This document shows, in pieces, positions 1 through 12,855 of a stretch of DNA of 64,000 bases. A program made the position numbers and the translations under genes. The notes below the pieces were generated by a model, which searched no databases, was not told the origin of the DNA, and worked only from the letters and a program-made list of their open reading frames with translations. Numbering within the stretch: position 1 is the stretch's first letter; every line of letters starts with the position of its first letter. Origin of the DNA: Octopus sinensis (lineage: Eukaryota); contig NC_043016.1 in assembly GCF_006345805.1 (NCBI RefSeq), forward strand, positions 8,308,001 through 8,372,000, written 5' to 3'.

Positions 1-183
1 TGAGAGATGAATATATTTATTTTACCACTTGGATTTCAGCTGCATAGAACTTTGCATTGGTCTGTGTGGTCTGCTAGAGGACCTTTTTGGTGATAGCCAC
101 ATGATTCTATAGATTCTCATCTCACACTACAAATTTATATATATATATATATATATATCTATATATATATATATATATATTTA

Positions 184-594
184 GGCGCAGGAGTGGCTGT
201 GTGGTAAGTAGCTTGCTTACCAACCGCATAGTCCTGGGTTTAGTCCCACTGCGTGGCACCTTGGGCAAGTGTCTTCTACTATAGCCTCAGGCCGACTAAA
301 AGCTTTGTGAGTGGATTTGGAAGACGGAAACTGGAAGAAGCCCATCGTATATATATATATATATGTATGTATGTACGTGTGCGTATATGTTTGTGTGTCT
401 GTGTTTGTCCCCCCCAACATCGCTTGACAACAGATGCTGGTGTGTTTACGTCCCCGTAACTTAGCAGTTTGGCAAAAAAGACCGATAGAATAAGTACTAG
501 GCTTACAAAGAATAAGTTCTGTGGTGAATTTGCTTGACTAAAGGCGGTGCTCTAGCATGGCCACAATCAAGTAACTGAAACAAGTAAAAGAGTA
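184..594 (+). mobile_element. tRNA-derived SINE family A, full length
   Basis: A-box-like TGGCTGTGTGG and B-box-like GGTTTAGTCCC head, internal (TA)n/(TG)n tract, tail GGCGGTGCTCTAGCATGGCC...GTAAAAGAG. More than 15 related copies or fragments occur in the window. Confidence 0.9.
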
Positions 595-639
595 ATATAT
601 ATATATATATTATTATTATTAGTTAATGTACGATATAGA

Positions 640-1200
640 CCAGGTAGTTTACTGGTAAAACACATTCACTGACTCAATGTTCATTGGGTATTTGATTAAT
701 GAGAAAGATGGAAGATAGGTGAATCTTTATTGATTACTACAATTGTTTTGACCCATCTAGCATTGATTCCACATGGGTGAGATACTGAACATCTGGTTTA
801 GGTGTAGCTGTCAGTGTAGATGTGTTTCTTCGGGTGATTTTAAAAGGTTTCCCATTAAAACAAGCTCTGTTTTGCAAGATTTCTTTTTGGTCTTTGTATA
901 TATAAAATGGCAAATTAAGTACACAGCTTCATACTTATAGAAGATCCATAACAAATATCAGATACAAACAATTTATAGGTACAAGATAAAAGGAAAATAA
1001 TAATTAACACCTGCTGCATCTCACCCAACCCTGGCATCCCCAACAAAAATCCTTAATGATGAAAATTTGGTGAGACTGGAATCCCAGCTAAAGCCTAATT
1101 GCTTCTCTCTTTGCAAAGCAGGGATAGAATTTAAGCCACAGGTAGCCATGCAATCTGTTGCACCATTACACTCTCATACACACGAATATCTTGCACACAT
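640..1200 (-). mobile_element. Heavily decayed non-LTR reverse transcriptase fragment (RTE-like)
   Basis: Hand translation of the minus strand gives EKQLGFS, LLWIFYKY and YKDQKEILQNRACFNGKPFKITR across frameshifts. These resemble the RT segments QxGFR, LWxxLxxxG and LY...NG..F.I.RG. Confidence 0.4.
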
Positions 1201-1525
1201 ATGGAATCACAAAGACAGAAATAGTAACATAAATATAAAAGCCAGCAAGGAAGCTTCTGCATGCTAGCCTGGTTTACTAGAAATAGAAGATCATGTGCTA
1301 CTGTCTTTGAAAAAAAAGGTGGAGACATTGGCTAATTAATGTAGTCTTAGATATATAGTATGTCAGAATGAAGAAAAATGAAAATAAATTTGAGATGATC
1401 ATGGTTAGAACACTTTTTAAAATTTTTTAATTTTTAATTGTTATTAGCCTACTAGATCATCAGTAAAGGAACTAGACCAGTTAAAATTTCTTTTTTTTTT
1501 TTGTCCATTGAGAGTAGCTGTTTAA

Positions 1526-1998
1526 AAACCTTTCGTTACCAACCCAGCTGAAACCGGTTCTGGCTCTGAGTACAAATGTCTTGTTTTCATAAGTTTTGAA
1601 TTAAAATCTCCCACCAAACCTTAGTCGCAATTTATGTTCCTAACACTAGCTTAATGATAACTAAGTTATTTTACTAAATTCTGTCTTGTATTTAAAATTA
1701 ATTGAAAGAAACACAGAGCATCTCAACAGAAATACAGTAATGAAAGGGTTAAAATATATAATAGAAAAACAATTCTTAACCCTTTTGATACTATCCTGGC
1801 TGAAACTGGCTTTGAGTACAAATGTCTTGTTTTCATAAGTTTTGAATTAAAATCTTCCACCAAACCTTAGTCGCAATATATGTTCCTAACACTAGCTTAA
1901 TGATAACTAAGTTATTTTACTAAATTCTTCGTTATATTTAAAATTAATAGAAAGAAACACAGAGCATCTCAACAGAAATACAGTAACGAAAGGGTTAA
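1526..1998. mobile_element. Two adjacent ~220-bp TTAA-flanked MITEs (piggyBac-type ends)
   Basis: The copy at 1780-1994 reads TTAA|CCCTTT...GTAACGAAAGGG|TTAA. A near-identical copy lies at ~1526-1748. Confidence 0.75.
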
Positions 1999-2606
1999 TA
2001 CAATTAAATTGGTTTCGAATTTTTTGAATTTGTAAAACACCATGACAAAGAAAGAAAAAGTATGTTGAGGTATAATCTTTTGTTTTCTCATTAATAAGGA
2101 AGTACATACATTACTATGTACTCAAGAAATTCACTTCCCAACCACATGGTTCCAGGTTCAGTCCCATTGCAAGGTATCTTGGGCAAATGTCTGTTACTAT
2201 AGCCTCGGGCCGACCAAAGCTTTATCAGTGGATTTTGTAGATGATAACTGAAAGAGGTACTGTTTTCGGTCATGTTTGTTTGTTAGTTTGTTTGTCCCTG
2301 GACAAGATATCTCAAGTAGCACTGGATGGATTCAGATGTTTGGCCTTGTGACTGCCACAAACTGATTAGATTTTGGGATTGATCCAGTACCGGACAAGGA
2401 CTCTGGATTATTTTTCCTGTTTTTTAAGCAGTTGGGTTCATTTTTAGTATTCTCATTTGTGAGAGCAGTTGAGTTTATTTCAGATATTCTCATTTTAAAA
2501 ATCATCTCTGTCTAATTGTTGAGAGGACATTGGTGTTGCCTTGGTGGAGGTCTGCACTCTCTAAGTGCTCTTGTTAATATTATTATTATTATTATTATCA
2601 TTATTA

Positions 2607-2745
2607 AGGCGGCAAGCTGGAAGAAACGTTAGCACGCTGGTGAAATGCATAGCCGTATTTCGTCTGCCATTATGTTCTGAGTTCAAATTCCGCCGAGGTC
2701 AACTTTGCCTTTCATCCTTTTGGGGTTGACAAAATAAGTGCTGGT
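2607..2745 (+). mobile_element. SINE family B fragment
   Basis: GGCGGCAAGCTGG...GAGTTCAAATTCC (B box)...GCCTTTCATCCTTT, truncated. Confidence 0.8.
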
Positions 2746-2784
2746 TCCACAATAACAACAACAATAATAATAAATAACAATAAT

Positions 2785-3185
2785 TGGCACTTGTGCCCAT
2801 GCTAGTAGGGTGCCAAGAGCACCATCCGAGCGTGATCGTTGCCAGAGTAGCCAACTGGCTTCCGTGCCAGTGGCACGTAAAAGGGCACGATTCGAGCGTA
2901 ATCATTACCAAAGTCGCCTTACTGGCACCTGTGCTGGTGGCATGTGTAAAAGGATTCGAGTGAGGTCATTGCCAGTACTGCCTGACTGGCCCCCGTGCCG
3001 GTGGCACGTAAAAAGCACCCACTACACTCTCGGAGTGGTTGGCGTTAGTAAGGGCATCCAGCTGTAGAAACTCTGCCAAATCAAGATTGGAGCCTGGTGC
3101 AGCCATCTGGTTCACCAGCCCTCAGTCAAAATCGTCCAACCCAAGCTAGCATGGAAAGTGGATGTTAAACGATGATGATGATGAT
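2785..3185 (+). mobile_element. 5'-truncated RTE LINE 3'UTR with (GAT)n tail
   Basis: Modules GTGCCRGTGGCACGTAAAA, then GGTTGGCGTTAGTAAGGGCATCCAGC...GTTAAACGATGATGATG. Same tail as the ORF-bearing copy at 15.6-16.5 kb. Confidence 0.85.
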
Positions 3186-3904
3186 GAACACCAATAATAA
3201 TAATAATAATTATTATTATTGCCTTTCTTTTGGGGTTGATAAAATAAGTATTAGTTGAGCAAGGGCGTCAATGTTATTGATTTTCTCCTTCCCCACCAAA
3301 ATTTCAGCCCCTATACCTACTGTAGGAATAATTATTATTATCATTAATCATCATCAGGGCCAACATAACTACAATTTACCATCATCATCATCATCATCAT
3401 CATTACAAGCATCTGTTGCCTTTACTGTCATCACTAATTTATCTTTAAAATTCTTATGCTTTTTCTGAATCTGGAGGAATTCACACTGCAAATAAACAAC
3501 AATTAAAGGGCCAAACCTCTTAATGGGCGTGCTTTGTCAATTAATGGTCTGTCAATTAATGGTTTTGCATTTAATTTTATTATCTCAATTCATCTCCTTC
3601 TATATATATGTATGCGTCTGTATACACACACATGCATCCACCAAATTCTTTTCTCAACAAATATCTTTAAGGAGCCATTATTTATCATCATTTATCCACT
3701 CCAGACAACCCTATTCTATTCTCTATCTCATTCTCTTTTATTCATTATATTATTTATATTTATTTACTGTTTATTGAACTTTGTTTTTATTGATTTAACA
3801 CCTGTCCACTCTGCTCCATTTCACTTTTAATCCTCTCCGTTCCAATTCCCCCTACCAACTCCTACTCTGCCCTATGATAAGAGTCATATAAATATGTGTG
3901 TGTG

Positions 3905-4090
3905 TGTGGCCTACTGGTTAGGTGTGTTGCAGTTGTGAGATCATGGTTTCAATTCCGAAACCAGGCAGCAGCATGTTGTGTTCTTGAGCAAAACACTTCA
4001 TTTCTCTTGCTCCAGTCCACTCCATCTGTAAATGTGTAACCCTGTGATGGACTTGCCTTCCAATCAATGTTAGCCTGCTCGCTAGCAATG
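3905..4090 (+). mobile_element. SINE family D (tRNA head plus GTGTTCTTGAGCAARACACTT core), decayed
   Basis: Similar to the copy at 28210-28500. Confidence 0.6.
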
Positions 4091-5014
4091 GTGAGTAGAG
4101 CTGTCAAGTACATCACATGTGCGCATCGTAGTTTTACATCTGTTTTACTATTGTATGAATCACTTGACCCTTTAGAATTTACATTACTATATAAAATGTG
4201 ATGCTTATTTCTATACACTGTTTGGAAATAGTCATGCACTAGCACTATGACCTGGCAACGCCGGGTCTTAGTGCCAGTGCATGCATATACAGCTGCGTGC
4301 GTGTGCACATACACGCGAGTACTGTCCAAATCTCTGACCAATCACATACAGCTAGCTGGCATTCAGTTGGCATATCAAGTTTCGGGAATTTTGATTGGGT
4401 TTTGGATAGAAAATTCACAAAAAAAGTCACTTCTACTGGTTTTTTAATGGCTTTGCGGGGTGACTGGGGAAATGTAAAGATGTGCACGACCACCCTTGGA
4501 CGGTTTTGAATGACCATAGAAAGTGCGACCCCTCTAACTGAAAAATTGTGGCTTTGTATAAACGACACGCACACACACAGACAGACAGACATTTTGCCGT
4601 TTATATATATAGAGATGACATTGTAAGGTGGATGAGTCTGGTCGATTTGAACATAGAACAAGCAGAATATTTAGGCCAGATTTCGACAGTTTAACTGATA
4701 AACAGGTATGGTCCACTTATCCAAGTTTGCATCAGTCAGATGGAAGAAGTTTTGTTGAGGCAGATTTACTTTTCCTACAGCTGGATGGCCTTCCTGTCAC
4801 CAACCTTCACCTGTTTCTAAGCAAAGCAAAATCTTCCCGGTGTCTGCCTACCAAATCCATCCACAAGGCTTTTATCAGCCTAGGACTACAATGGAAAACA
4901 CTTGCACAGTGAGACTGAACCAAAGACTACTTAGTTGGGAAGCAAGCTTCTTAAACCATACAGCCATGCCCGTACCCCTCTTTCTCACGCACATATATAT
5001 ATATATATATATAT

Positions 5015-5319
5015 GGAGGTGCAATGGCCCAGTGGTTAGGGTAGCGGACTCACGGTTGTAGGATTGCGGTTTTGATTCCCAGACCGGGCGTTGTGAGTGT
5101 TTATTGAGTGAAAATACCTAAAGCTCCACGAGGCTCCGGCATGGGGTGGTGGCGATCCCTGCTGTACTCTTTCGCCACAACTTTCTCTCACTCTTTCTTC
5201 TGTTGGCCTGCGCTTAGCCAGCGGGGGTGGCATCACTTGAAGGCTAAAACAATGCAAAGCGCATTGTGACCAGCGATGTGTAGCAACATCTGATAGCCTG
5301 ATCGGTCATGGTGATCATG

Positions 5320-5323
<4 letters not shown>
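5015..5323 (+). mobile_element. tRNA-derived SINE family E
   Basis: Head GGAGGTGCAATGGCCCAGTGGTTAGG with a B-box-like TTTGATTCCC; flanked by (TA)n. Further copies at 19377-19675 (+) and 49723-49998 (-). Confidence 0.85.
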
Positions 5324-5358
<35 letters not shown>

Positions 5359-5409
5359 TATATACGTATATATGTAGAGAGTTTTTGAAGTGATGTACAG
5401 ATATTGTAT

Positions 5410-6220
5410 AGTGAGAATAACAAGGTAGTCAGAATGTTTGATGGTTATATATATTTTTAGCGCTTTCTTCCATTATTGGATTTATCAAAAAAGTAGTTTA
5501 CAGTAAGTTTGCTTCCCCTTTTTTTTTTATAAAATTGAAGCTGATGTTTTAGAAAGGTGGAGAGAGAGAACAAGCGGAACAAATTAGAAAGGAAGGTGCA
5601 GAGATGAGAGAGGGGGAGAGAGTGAAGATAGAGAAAGAAAAGTAGGAGTGTGTTTTGGGCTTGTATTCTTGTTTTTTTTTTGGTGGGTGGGGGTGTTTGA
5701 AGGAAGGGAAAAGAAAGAATAAAATGTTTGAGAAGTAGGTGGGGGGGGGTAAAGGAGGCGTGGCTTTTATATCAGTGTGGTCAGACTTGTTTGATTAGAA
5801 TTCAATATGTTGGGTTTTTTTTCCCACTTAGTGACCTTTTGGGTGGGGTAGAAAAGGAATTTTTGTATTCAAGTGGTCAAAGATTTTAATTGGAAAACCC
5901 AAAATTTTGTTTTTGATTTTCTCCAGTAAGAATTACAATTATATTTCAAGGTCTTGTTTTTATAATTGTTTTGTATTCATTAATGTAAGGGAGAAAAAGA
6001 ATGGTTGTATGGATGTGGTTAAATTTTTGTTTCAAAAATTAAAATTCCAGATGTTTTCTGATTTTAGCCATGTATGGCTATACTTTTGAAAGAGTGATTT
6101 TTTAAGCAATTAAAGTTGCGATTTTAAATACAATCTGGAAAAAGCTTAAGTGTGGGAAAGTATTTCTCAATTATAAATGGGATATGAATTTCTTTAAAAA
6201 ATCATAAATATGATTCGAAT
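5410..6220 (-). repeat. Left arm of a ~2.5-kb inverted repeat
   Basis: Reverse-complement match to ~6905-7885, e.g. GAATTTTTGTATTCAAGTGGTC vs GACCACTTGAATACAAAAATTC. Roughly 80-85% identity by eye. Confidence 0.85.
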
Positions 6221-6369
6221 CAAAAAAAAAAAAAAGGGGGGGGGTAGGGGGAAATTTTCTAAAAGACAATGAAAATATACCCTGCTTAAGTGGATATATT
6301 CACAATTGTAAATGCAATCTAAATCAAAGGATAAGAATCTACAAATCGTAAGGAATCATAAATATAATA

Positions 6370-6787
6370 GGTGCAGGAGTGGCTGTGTGGTAAGTAGCTT
6401 GCTAACCAACCACATGATTCCGGGTTCAGTCCCACTGCGTGGCATCTTGGGCAAGTGTCTTCTGCTATAGCCCCGGGCCGACCAATGCCTTGTGAGTGGA
6501 TTTGGTAGACGGAAAACTGAAAGAAGCCTGTTGTATATATGTATATATATATAAGTGTGTGTGTATATGTTTGTGTGTCTGTGTTTGTCCCCTAGCATTG
6601 CTTGACAACCGATGCTGGTGGTTTACGTCCCCGTCACTTAACGGTTCGGCAAAAGAGACCGATTAAAATAAGTACTGGACTTACAAAGAATAAGTCCCGG
6701 GGTCGATTTGCTCGACTAAAGGCGGTGCTCCAGCATGGCCGCCGTCAAATGACTGAAACAAGTAAAAGAGTAAAAGAGTAAAGAGTA
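6370..6787 (+). mobile_element. SINE family A, full length
   Basis: Same head, internal microsatellite and (GTAAAAGA)n tail as 184-594. Confidence 0.9.
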
Positions 6788-6904
6788 TAATCTGAATAGG
6801 GGAGTGGGGAATCATTGGCTTCACAAATATAATTCTTGCATTTGGGGCAAGTAATGCAGTATATGAGATTGTGTCTTGCAGTTCATATTTGCATTTATGT
6901 TGAA

Positions 6905-7885
6905 CAACAATCATATTTATAATTTTTTTTAAGAAATCAGATCATATTTATAATTGAGAAACACTTTCTCACACTTAAACATGTTTCAGATTGTATTTAA
7001 AAATCGTAACTATACTAGCTTAAAAATCACTCTTTCAAAAAACACAGCTATACACAGCTAAATCAAAAGCATGAGTAATTTTAATAAAAACAAAAATCGA
7101 CCACTTCCATACAACCATTCTCTCTCCCTGACATTCATCATCATCATCATTGTTTAGCGTTCGCTTTCCATGCTAGCATGGGTTGGACGGTTCAACTGGG
7201 GTCTGGGAAGCCAGAAGGCTGCACCAGGCTCCAGTCTGATCTGGCAGTGTTTCTACGGCTAGATGCCCTTCCTAACGCCAACCACTCCGTGAGTGTAGTG
7301 GGTACTTTTTACATGCCACCAGCACAGGTGCCAGGGGAGGCTGGCAAACGGCCAGCCACCAATCGGATGGTGCTTTTTACCTGAAAGAATTATAAAAACA
7401 AGACCTTGAAATATAATTGTAATTCTTACAGGAGAAAATCAAAAACAAAATTGGGGGTTTTCCAATTAAAATCTTCGACCACTTGAATACAAAAATTCCT
7501 TTTCTACCCCACCCAAAAGGTCACTAAGTAGAAAAAAACCCCCAACATATTGAATCCTAATCAAACAAGTCTAACCACATGGATACAAAAGCCACAGCTC
7601 CTTTACCTCTCCTTACTTCTCAAACTTTTTATTCTTTCTATTCTCTTCTTTCCCAACCCACAAAAACAAGAATACAAGCCCAAAACACACTCCTACTTTC
7701 CTTTCTCTATCTTCAATCTCTCCGCCTCTCTCCCTTTCTAAAACATCGATTTCAATTTTATATAAAAAGGGGAAGCAAACTCACTGTAAACTACTTTTTT
7801 GATAAATCCAATAATGGAAGAAAGCGCTAAAAACGTAAATAAAAATATATATGATTATCCAACATTTTAACTACCTAGTTATTCA
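6905..7885 (+). repeat. Right arm of the inverted repeat, interrupted by an RTE tail at 7137-7380
   Basis: Colinear reverse complement of 5410-6220 once 7137-7380 is removed. Confidence 0.85.
7137..7380 (-). mobile_element. RTE LINE 3'UTR fragment
   Basis: (CAT)n-GTTTAGCGTTCGCTTTCCATGCTAGCATGGGTTGG...GATGCCCTTCCTAACGCCAACC. Confidence 0.85.
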
Positions 7886-7890
7886 TACAT

Positions 7891-7923
<33 letters not shown>

Positions 7924-8431
7924 CTAACAGTATCGCCCGGCGTTGCTCGGGTTTGTAAGGGAAATAACTATATAAGCATTTTTAGAGAGTTACTTCCCTT
8001 ATAGATGCCAATTCGGGCTTTCTTAGCCATTTCTGTTTTGGTGTCTTCAAGCCATGAAGTCGTTGTTCTAAAAGAACGCTGGTCTCCTTGACAACGCTTT
8101 ACGACGTTGATTTCCTTACACTCCCTTCCCCACAGCTTCACGAGGGAGGGAAGAAGGGGGAGAAGCAAACAGGTGCAGGTGTGACTATGGATGCCAACTC
8201 CGCCGCCATCGACACACGAAAAATTATGCATTAAAATGGAATAAAAATGATGTTAAATTATTTAAAATCGTAGACTCATCGTAGACACGCGCTAATACTC
8301 AGACGGGCTCGATATGAATCACGACTATAAGATACCCGAATTTGGTTAACTGCACCGCAAAATGTGGAGTAGTTAGGAATCTAAATCGAAGGGGGACAGA
8401 CACTCACACAACTAGAGTTTTATAATATAGA
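7924..8431 (-). mobile_element. Non-autonomous Helitron-type element (~510 bp)
   Basis: The minus strand starts TCTATATTATAAAA and ends with hairpin CCCGAGCAACGCCGGG then TTAG|T. Near-identical to 36218-36730. Confidence 0.8.
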
Positions 8432-8824
8432 TAGATATATATATATAATATAAATTATATTATATATATATAAAAACATACACTCACAACAAAATTAAGA
8501 GGAATGACACTAAAGTGGACACCTAATATCCTAAACATAGACGTCAAATCGCCATTACCACAAAGAATGTGTTCTCAAGAAAAATCTCTGCAAATCACCA
8601 AAATATTTTTGCATTTTGCTAAGATTTTTCTTGAGAATATACTCTTCGTGGTAATATGTTTAGCATATTAGGTGTCCACTCTAGTGGTCATTCCTCTTAA
8701 TATTGTATGTAACACAATTTTTATCTTCGGATTTTTAAATATGCTAAGCCATTGGTTTTAATTGATTAATATCAATTTCTACCATTATTATTTAATTATA
8801 TATTTATAGGTGTGTGTGTGTGTG

Positions 8825-9810
8825 TGTGTGTGTATCTCATCATTATCATCATCATCGTTTAACATCCATTTTCCATGCTGGCATGGGTTGGATGGTTTGA
8901 CAAGGAACTGGCCAAACTCCAATTGCCCTGTTGTGGCTTGGTTTCTACAGCCAGATGTCTTTCCTAATAATGCCAACCACTTAATAGACTGCACTGGATG
9001 CTTTACAAGTGGCACCAGCACCTGAAAGGACCAGCCTGTATGTGTAGAAGACAGGGATTTTACTCACTTTGACTCGTCTTATCAAGTACAGCAAATTGCC
9101 ACACCTCCCAGGCCCTTGCCATTTCCTCAGTGAGGCCCAGCGTCTGAAGATCCTTTCTCACCAATTTGTCCCACATCTTCCTCAGTCTACTTCTTCCACA
9201 TGTAGCCTCCACAACTGGAGCTCAGCACATTGTCATGCAGCTGTCCCTCATCCTCATGCATCACATGACCAAACCAGTGCAGTCTTCCCTCTTGCACACA
9301 AACATATGATGTCTCATATCCAGTTTTCCTCCTAATCATTTACACTCTGCTGGCGCATGTACACTGACCTTACTCATCCAATGGAGAGCATGCTAGCTTC
9401 ATCATTTCTTCCAAGCCTTCACACATCCTCTCAAGTCAAAACCCATGTTTCAGTCATGTAACATAGCTGTATGTAGACATGCATCATACAATCTGCTTTT
9501 CACTCAGAGACCCTCAGTTGTCAACAAAGATAGAAATTCTCTGAACATTATCTAGCCCATTCTTATTCTAGCAATTACACTTTAAAAACTGCCTCCACTA
9601 CTGCTAACTTGGTCTCCTAGGTAACAGAAGCTATCTGCTACATCTAATGATCCCCCCAAGGATTTAAGGGAGTTTATTGTCTGCGCATTTTTAGTGCTTA
9701 TTATACCTGCACATTTGCTAAACACAAACACTATATTCTCTGTTAACCTTCCTGCGATATTACACCTTGTATGTGTCCAAAGCTTGCAATGGGATACAAT
9801 GTATGGAGTT
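8825..9810 (-). mobile_element. RTE-clade LINE, decayed RT C-terminal part plus 3'UTR
   Basis: DVADSFCYLGDQVSSSGG (YLG motif) and WFGHVMR-type C-terminal segments; (GAT)n tail near 8830. Confidence 0.75.
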
Positions 9811-9825
9811 TCTATCAACACCCAG

Positions 9826-10712
9826 CTGTATCAAAAAAAAAAAGGTTCCCAGACTAATTATATTTAATTAAAAACTAATTTATTTACTTAAGTTTTAGCA
9901 TCATCTCCTTCAAAATAGTCAACCTTGCAAAGCAATACACCGGTCATCTCAGCGTTCCTTCCACTTTTGGAATCTGGCCTGGAAGTCGCTTTCTGTAAGC
10001 AAGTCAAGAAACTTCTATGATTCATTCTTGACCTCAACAAGGATGCTAAAATGGCGACTGTTGAGCTGCGTTTTCATTTTGGGGGAAGAAATGGAAGTTG
10101 GCAGGTTCTAAATCTGGTGAATGGGGGGGGGGGGGGCAGAAGAGATACCATACTGTTTTGGGTGAGAAATCCATGAGTGAAGAAATCTCAGTGACAGGGT
10201 GCAATTGTCATCGTGAGGAATCCTATTCTTTCACACCCTACAGATCTGGTTGCTTTCACCGAATGTCCACCCTCAAATGCTGCAAGATACTGTTGATTGT
10301 CTTCTGACAATCTTCATGCACAAACTGATGAATTTTCTCCACATTTCTGGGGGTGACGCTCGAGGCAGATCTTCCAGAACACACACCATCTTCTAGGGGA
10401 CATTCATCCACTTTTGAGGCACCTGTGCCATTCAAAACATTGCATACAACCCATTGCCTTGTCACCATAAGCTTGCCAAAGCATGCTCAATGTCTCTCTA
10501 GTAAACTTCCCAAGTTAAACGCCAAATTTCATGTTGGATCTTTGCTCAAACTTCCTGTCCATGACAAAAATCACAGACTACAGCATACACATGATCTCAC
10601 TCAGCACACTGCCTCATGAAGGTCACTGCTAGCTTTCACTGTCCACGCAAGTGTGCGCTGCCATCTGTTGGCGCACTACAGAACTAGTCTGGGAATTTTT
10701 TGATAATGCTTT
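9826..10712 (-). mobile_element. Internally deleted mariner DNA transposon
   Basis: Imperfect TIRs TATCAAAAA...TTCCCAGACTA and TAGTCTGGGAATTTTTTGATA. Decayed transposase: HTH region (LEDGVCSGRSASSVTPRNVEKIHQFVHED) and an HSPDLxP-like catalytic-domain segment. Confidence 0.8.
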
Positions 10713-10829
10713 GTACATATTGAACAGGACCATCTCCCAGAAGGGACTTGTGATTTGCTTATTTTCCTACTTACTAGGCCTTGCTTCCACACCAGAAATT
10801 TCTTCTCATTGCGATCATTGACAGAACGG

Positions 10830-11294
10830 CTAACCGGCTTCCGTGCCAGTGGCACTTAAAAGGCACCATTCGAGCGTGATCGTTACCAGCGTCGCACTAC
10901 TGGCACTCGAGCCCCGTGCTAGTAGGGTATTAAGAGCACCATCCGAGCGTGATCGTTGCCAGAGTGGCTGTCTGGCCTCCATGCTGGTGACACGTAAAAA
11001 ACACTATTCGAGCGTGATCGTTACCAGCATTGCCTTACTGGCACCCACGCTGGTGGCATGTGTAAAAGATTCGAGCGAGGTCATTGCCAGTGCTCCCTGA
11101 CTGGCCCCGTGCCGGTGGCACGTAAAAGCACCCACTACACTCTCAGAGTGGTTGGCGTTAGGAAGGGCATCCAACTGTAGAAACTCTGCCAGATCAAGAT
11201 TGAAGTCTGGTGCAGCCATCTGGTTCGCCAGCCCTCAGTCATACGTCCAACCCATGCTGGCATGGAAAGCGGACGTTAAACGATGATAATGATG

Positions 11295-11295
<1 letters not shown>
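10830..11295 (+). mobile_element. RTE LINE 3'UTR fragment with several tandem modules
   Basis: Repeated GTGCC/GGCAC modules and a (GAT)n tail. Confidence 0.85.
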
Positions 11296-11349
<54 letters not shown>

Positions 11350-12407
11350 ATATATAAGAAAAACTGTGGCCTTACTGTGTAAATAGAAAGCCTAATGAAA
11401 CCACAGTCTCCTCTCCTTCTTTCCCTCTCTGTAAAGTACTGTAAAGAACAAGTCGACTAGTTCACCTGCCTTTACTTACTTGTCAGAAGTTTTTAGGTCA
11501 TCCTATCTAGAGAGAAAGAGAGATGTAGTATACAGTTACTTATGAAAAATAGTATTTCATATATATATATATATACTCACACACACATAACCTGGTACAC
11601 CAGATTATCTCTCTCTCTCTCTCTCTCTCTCTCCCATATATATATATAATCTGTTACCACATGAAGTAAATCAGTTTCATAGCTTTGTCTTGTTTTTTAA
11701 CAAAATTGTATGTGTGTTTACATACACACATACCTATACATATATTTGTGTGTAAGTGTATGTGTGTATGTATATGTATCCATAATTAATCATCCAGTTA
11801 TGTAGATTTTTTTTTTCAATTAATAATGACGAAAGGTTTTTAACACACATTTAAGCACACAGATTAATTAAATTAATTAATGTAATTAATTTATTTAAGT
11901 AATTAATTAAATCTATATAACGATTGTATTTATTTCTAGTGCTTTTTTTTCTTTTTTTTTTTTGAGAAAGAACAGGAAAGTCTGAAAACTGAAAAGTAGA
12001 AGCTGAAATTTCATCCTTGTTAGTCTAACCATTTTGTCAGACCATGTTGTCTTGTCCAGGATTCATAGCATCAAGATCAGCTAAATGTAATATTGGAAAA
12101 TCTAAGTCTACAGCATGGTACCTTTTAAAGATTTTCAATAGATGCAGGCATGGTTGTGCGGTTAACAAAAATGCTTTGCAAACACATAGTTTCAGGTTCA
12201 GTTCCACTGTATGGCACTTTGGATGTCTCCTATTAAAGCCCCAGATTGACTAAAGCCTTCTGGGTGGATTTGGTAGAGGAAAACTGTATGGACGCCCATT
12301 ATACATACATATATATATATGTGTGTGTTTTTCTGTTTGTTCGTACTAGACAATTGGTGTTTGTTTATGTTTTTGTAACTTAACCATTTGGTAAAAGATC
12401 TAACTAT

Positions 12408-12855
12408 CTATCCGCTCAGTCGAAGTCGACTCTCGGTCACTCGTTGGATCCGTGTCTTCCAATCAGTTCTATCCTGGGCCGCTTCTTTCAGATTGGTTAT
12501 GTCCATTCCGGTATCACTCTTGATGGTGTCAAGCCAGCGGGTTCTTGGTCGGTCTCTTCCTCTCTTGCCACTGACCATTCCGAACATGGTGTCCTTCTCC
12601 AGGGATTTTCTCCGCATAATATGACTGAAATATGCCAATCTATGCTTGGTGATCCTAGCTTCTAGCGACATTTTCGGCCTGATCTGCTTCAGAACTTCTC
12701 CATTGGTGATCCTCGCTGTCCATGGAATCCGTAAAAGTCTTCTCCAACACCAAAGCTCGAATGCATTAATTCTCTTCTGGTCAGCTTTCTTTAGTGTCCA
12801 GGTCTCGCATCCATATGTTGCTATTGGGAAGAATAAATACCAGACTAAGGTGGCA
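12408..12855 (-). mobile_element. RTE-BovB-like LINE 3' fragment with an open reading frame
   Basis: FPIATYGCETWTLKKADQKRINAFELWCWRRLLRIPWTAR...RLAYFSHIMRRKSLEKDTMFG...RPRTRWLD...RVTESRLRLSG*. This closely parallels the BovB ORF C-terminus. Confidence 0.9.

Noticed and set aside
184-260. tRNA gene calls for SINE heads (also at 5015, 28210 and others)
   Set aside because: A/B-box-like motifs are present but there is no complete cloverleaf, and each continues into a SINE body.
4628-4912. ORF MDESGRFEH... with an apparent donor CAG|GTATGG
   Set aside because: The first half is a fragment of the TTAA-MITE family seen at 35283 and the second half is an RTE tail fragment.
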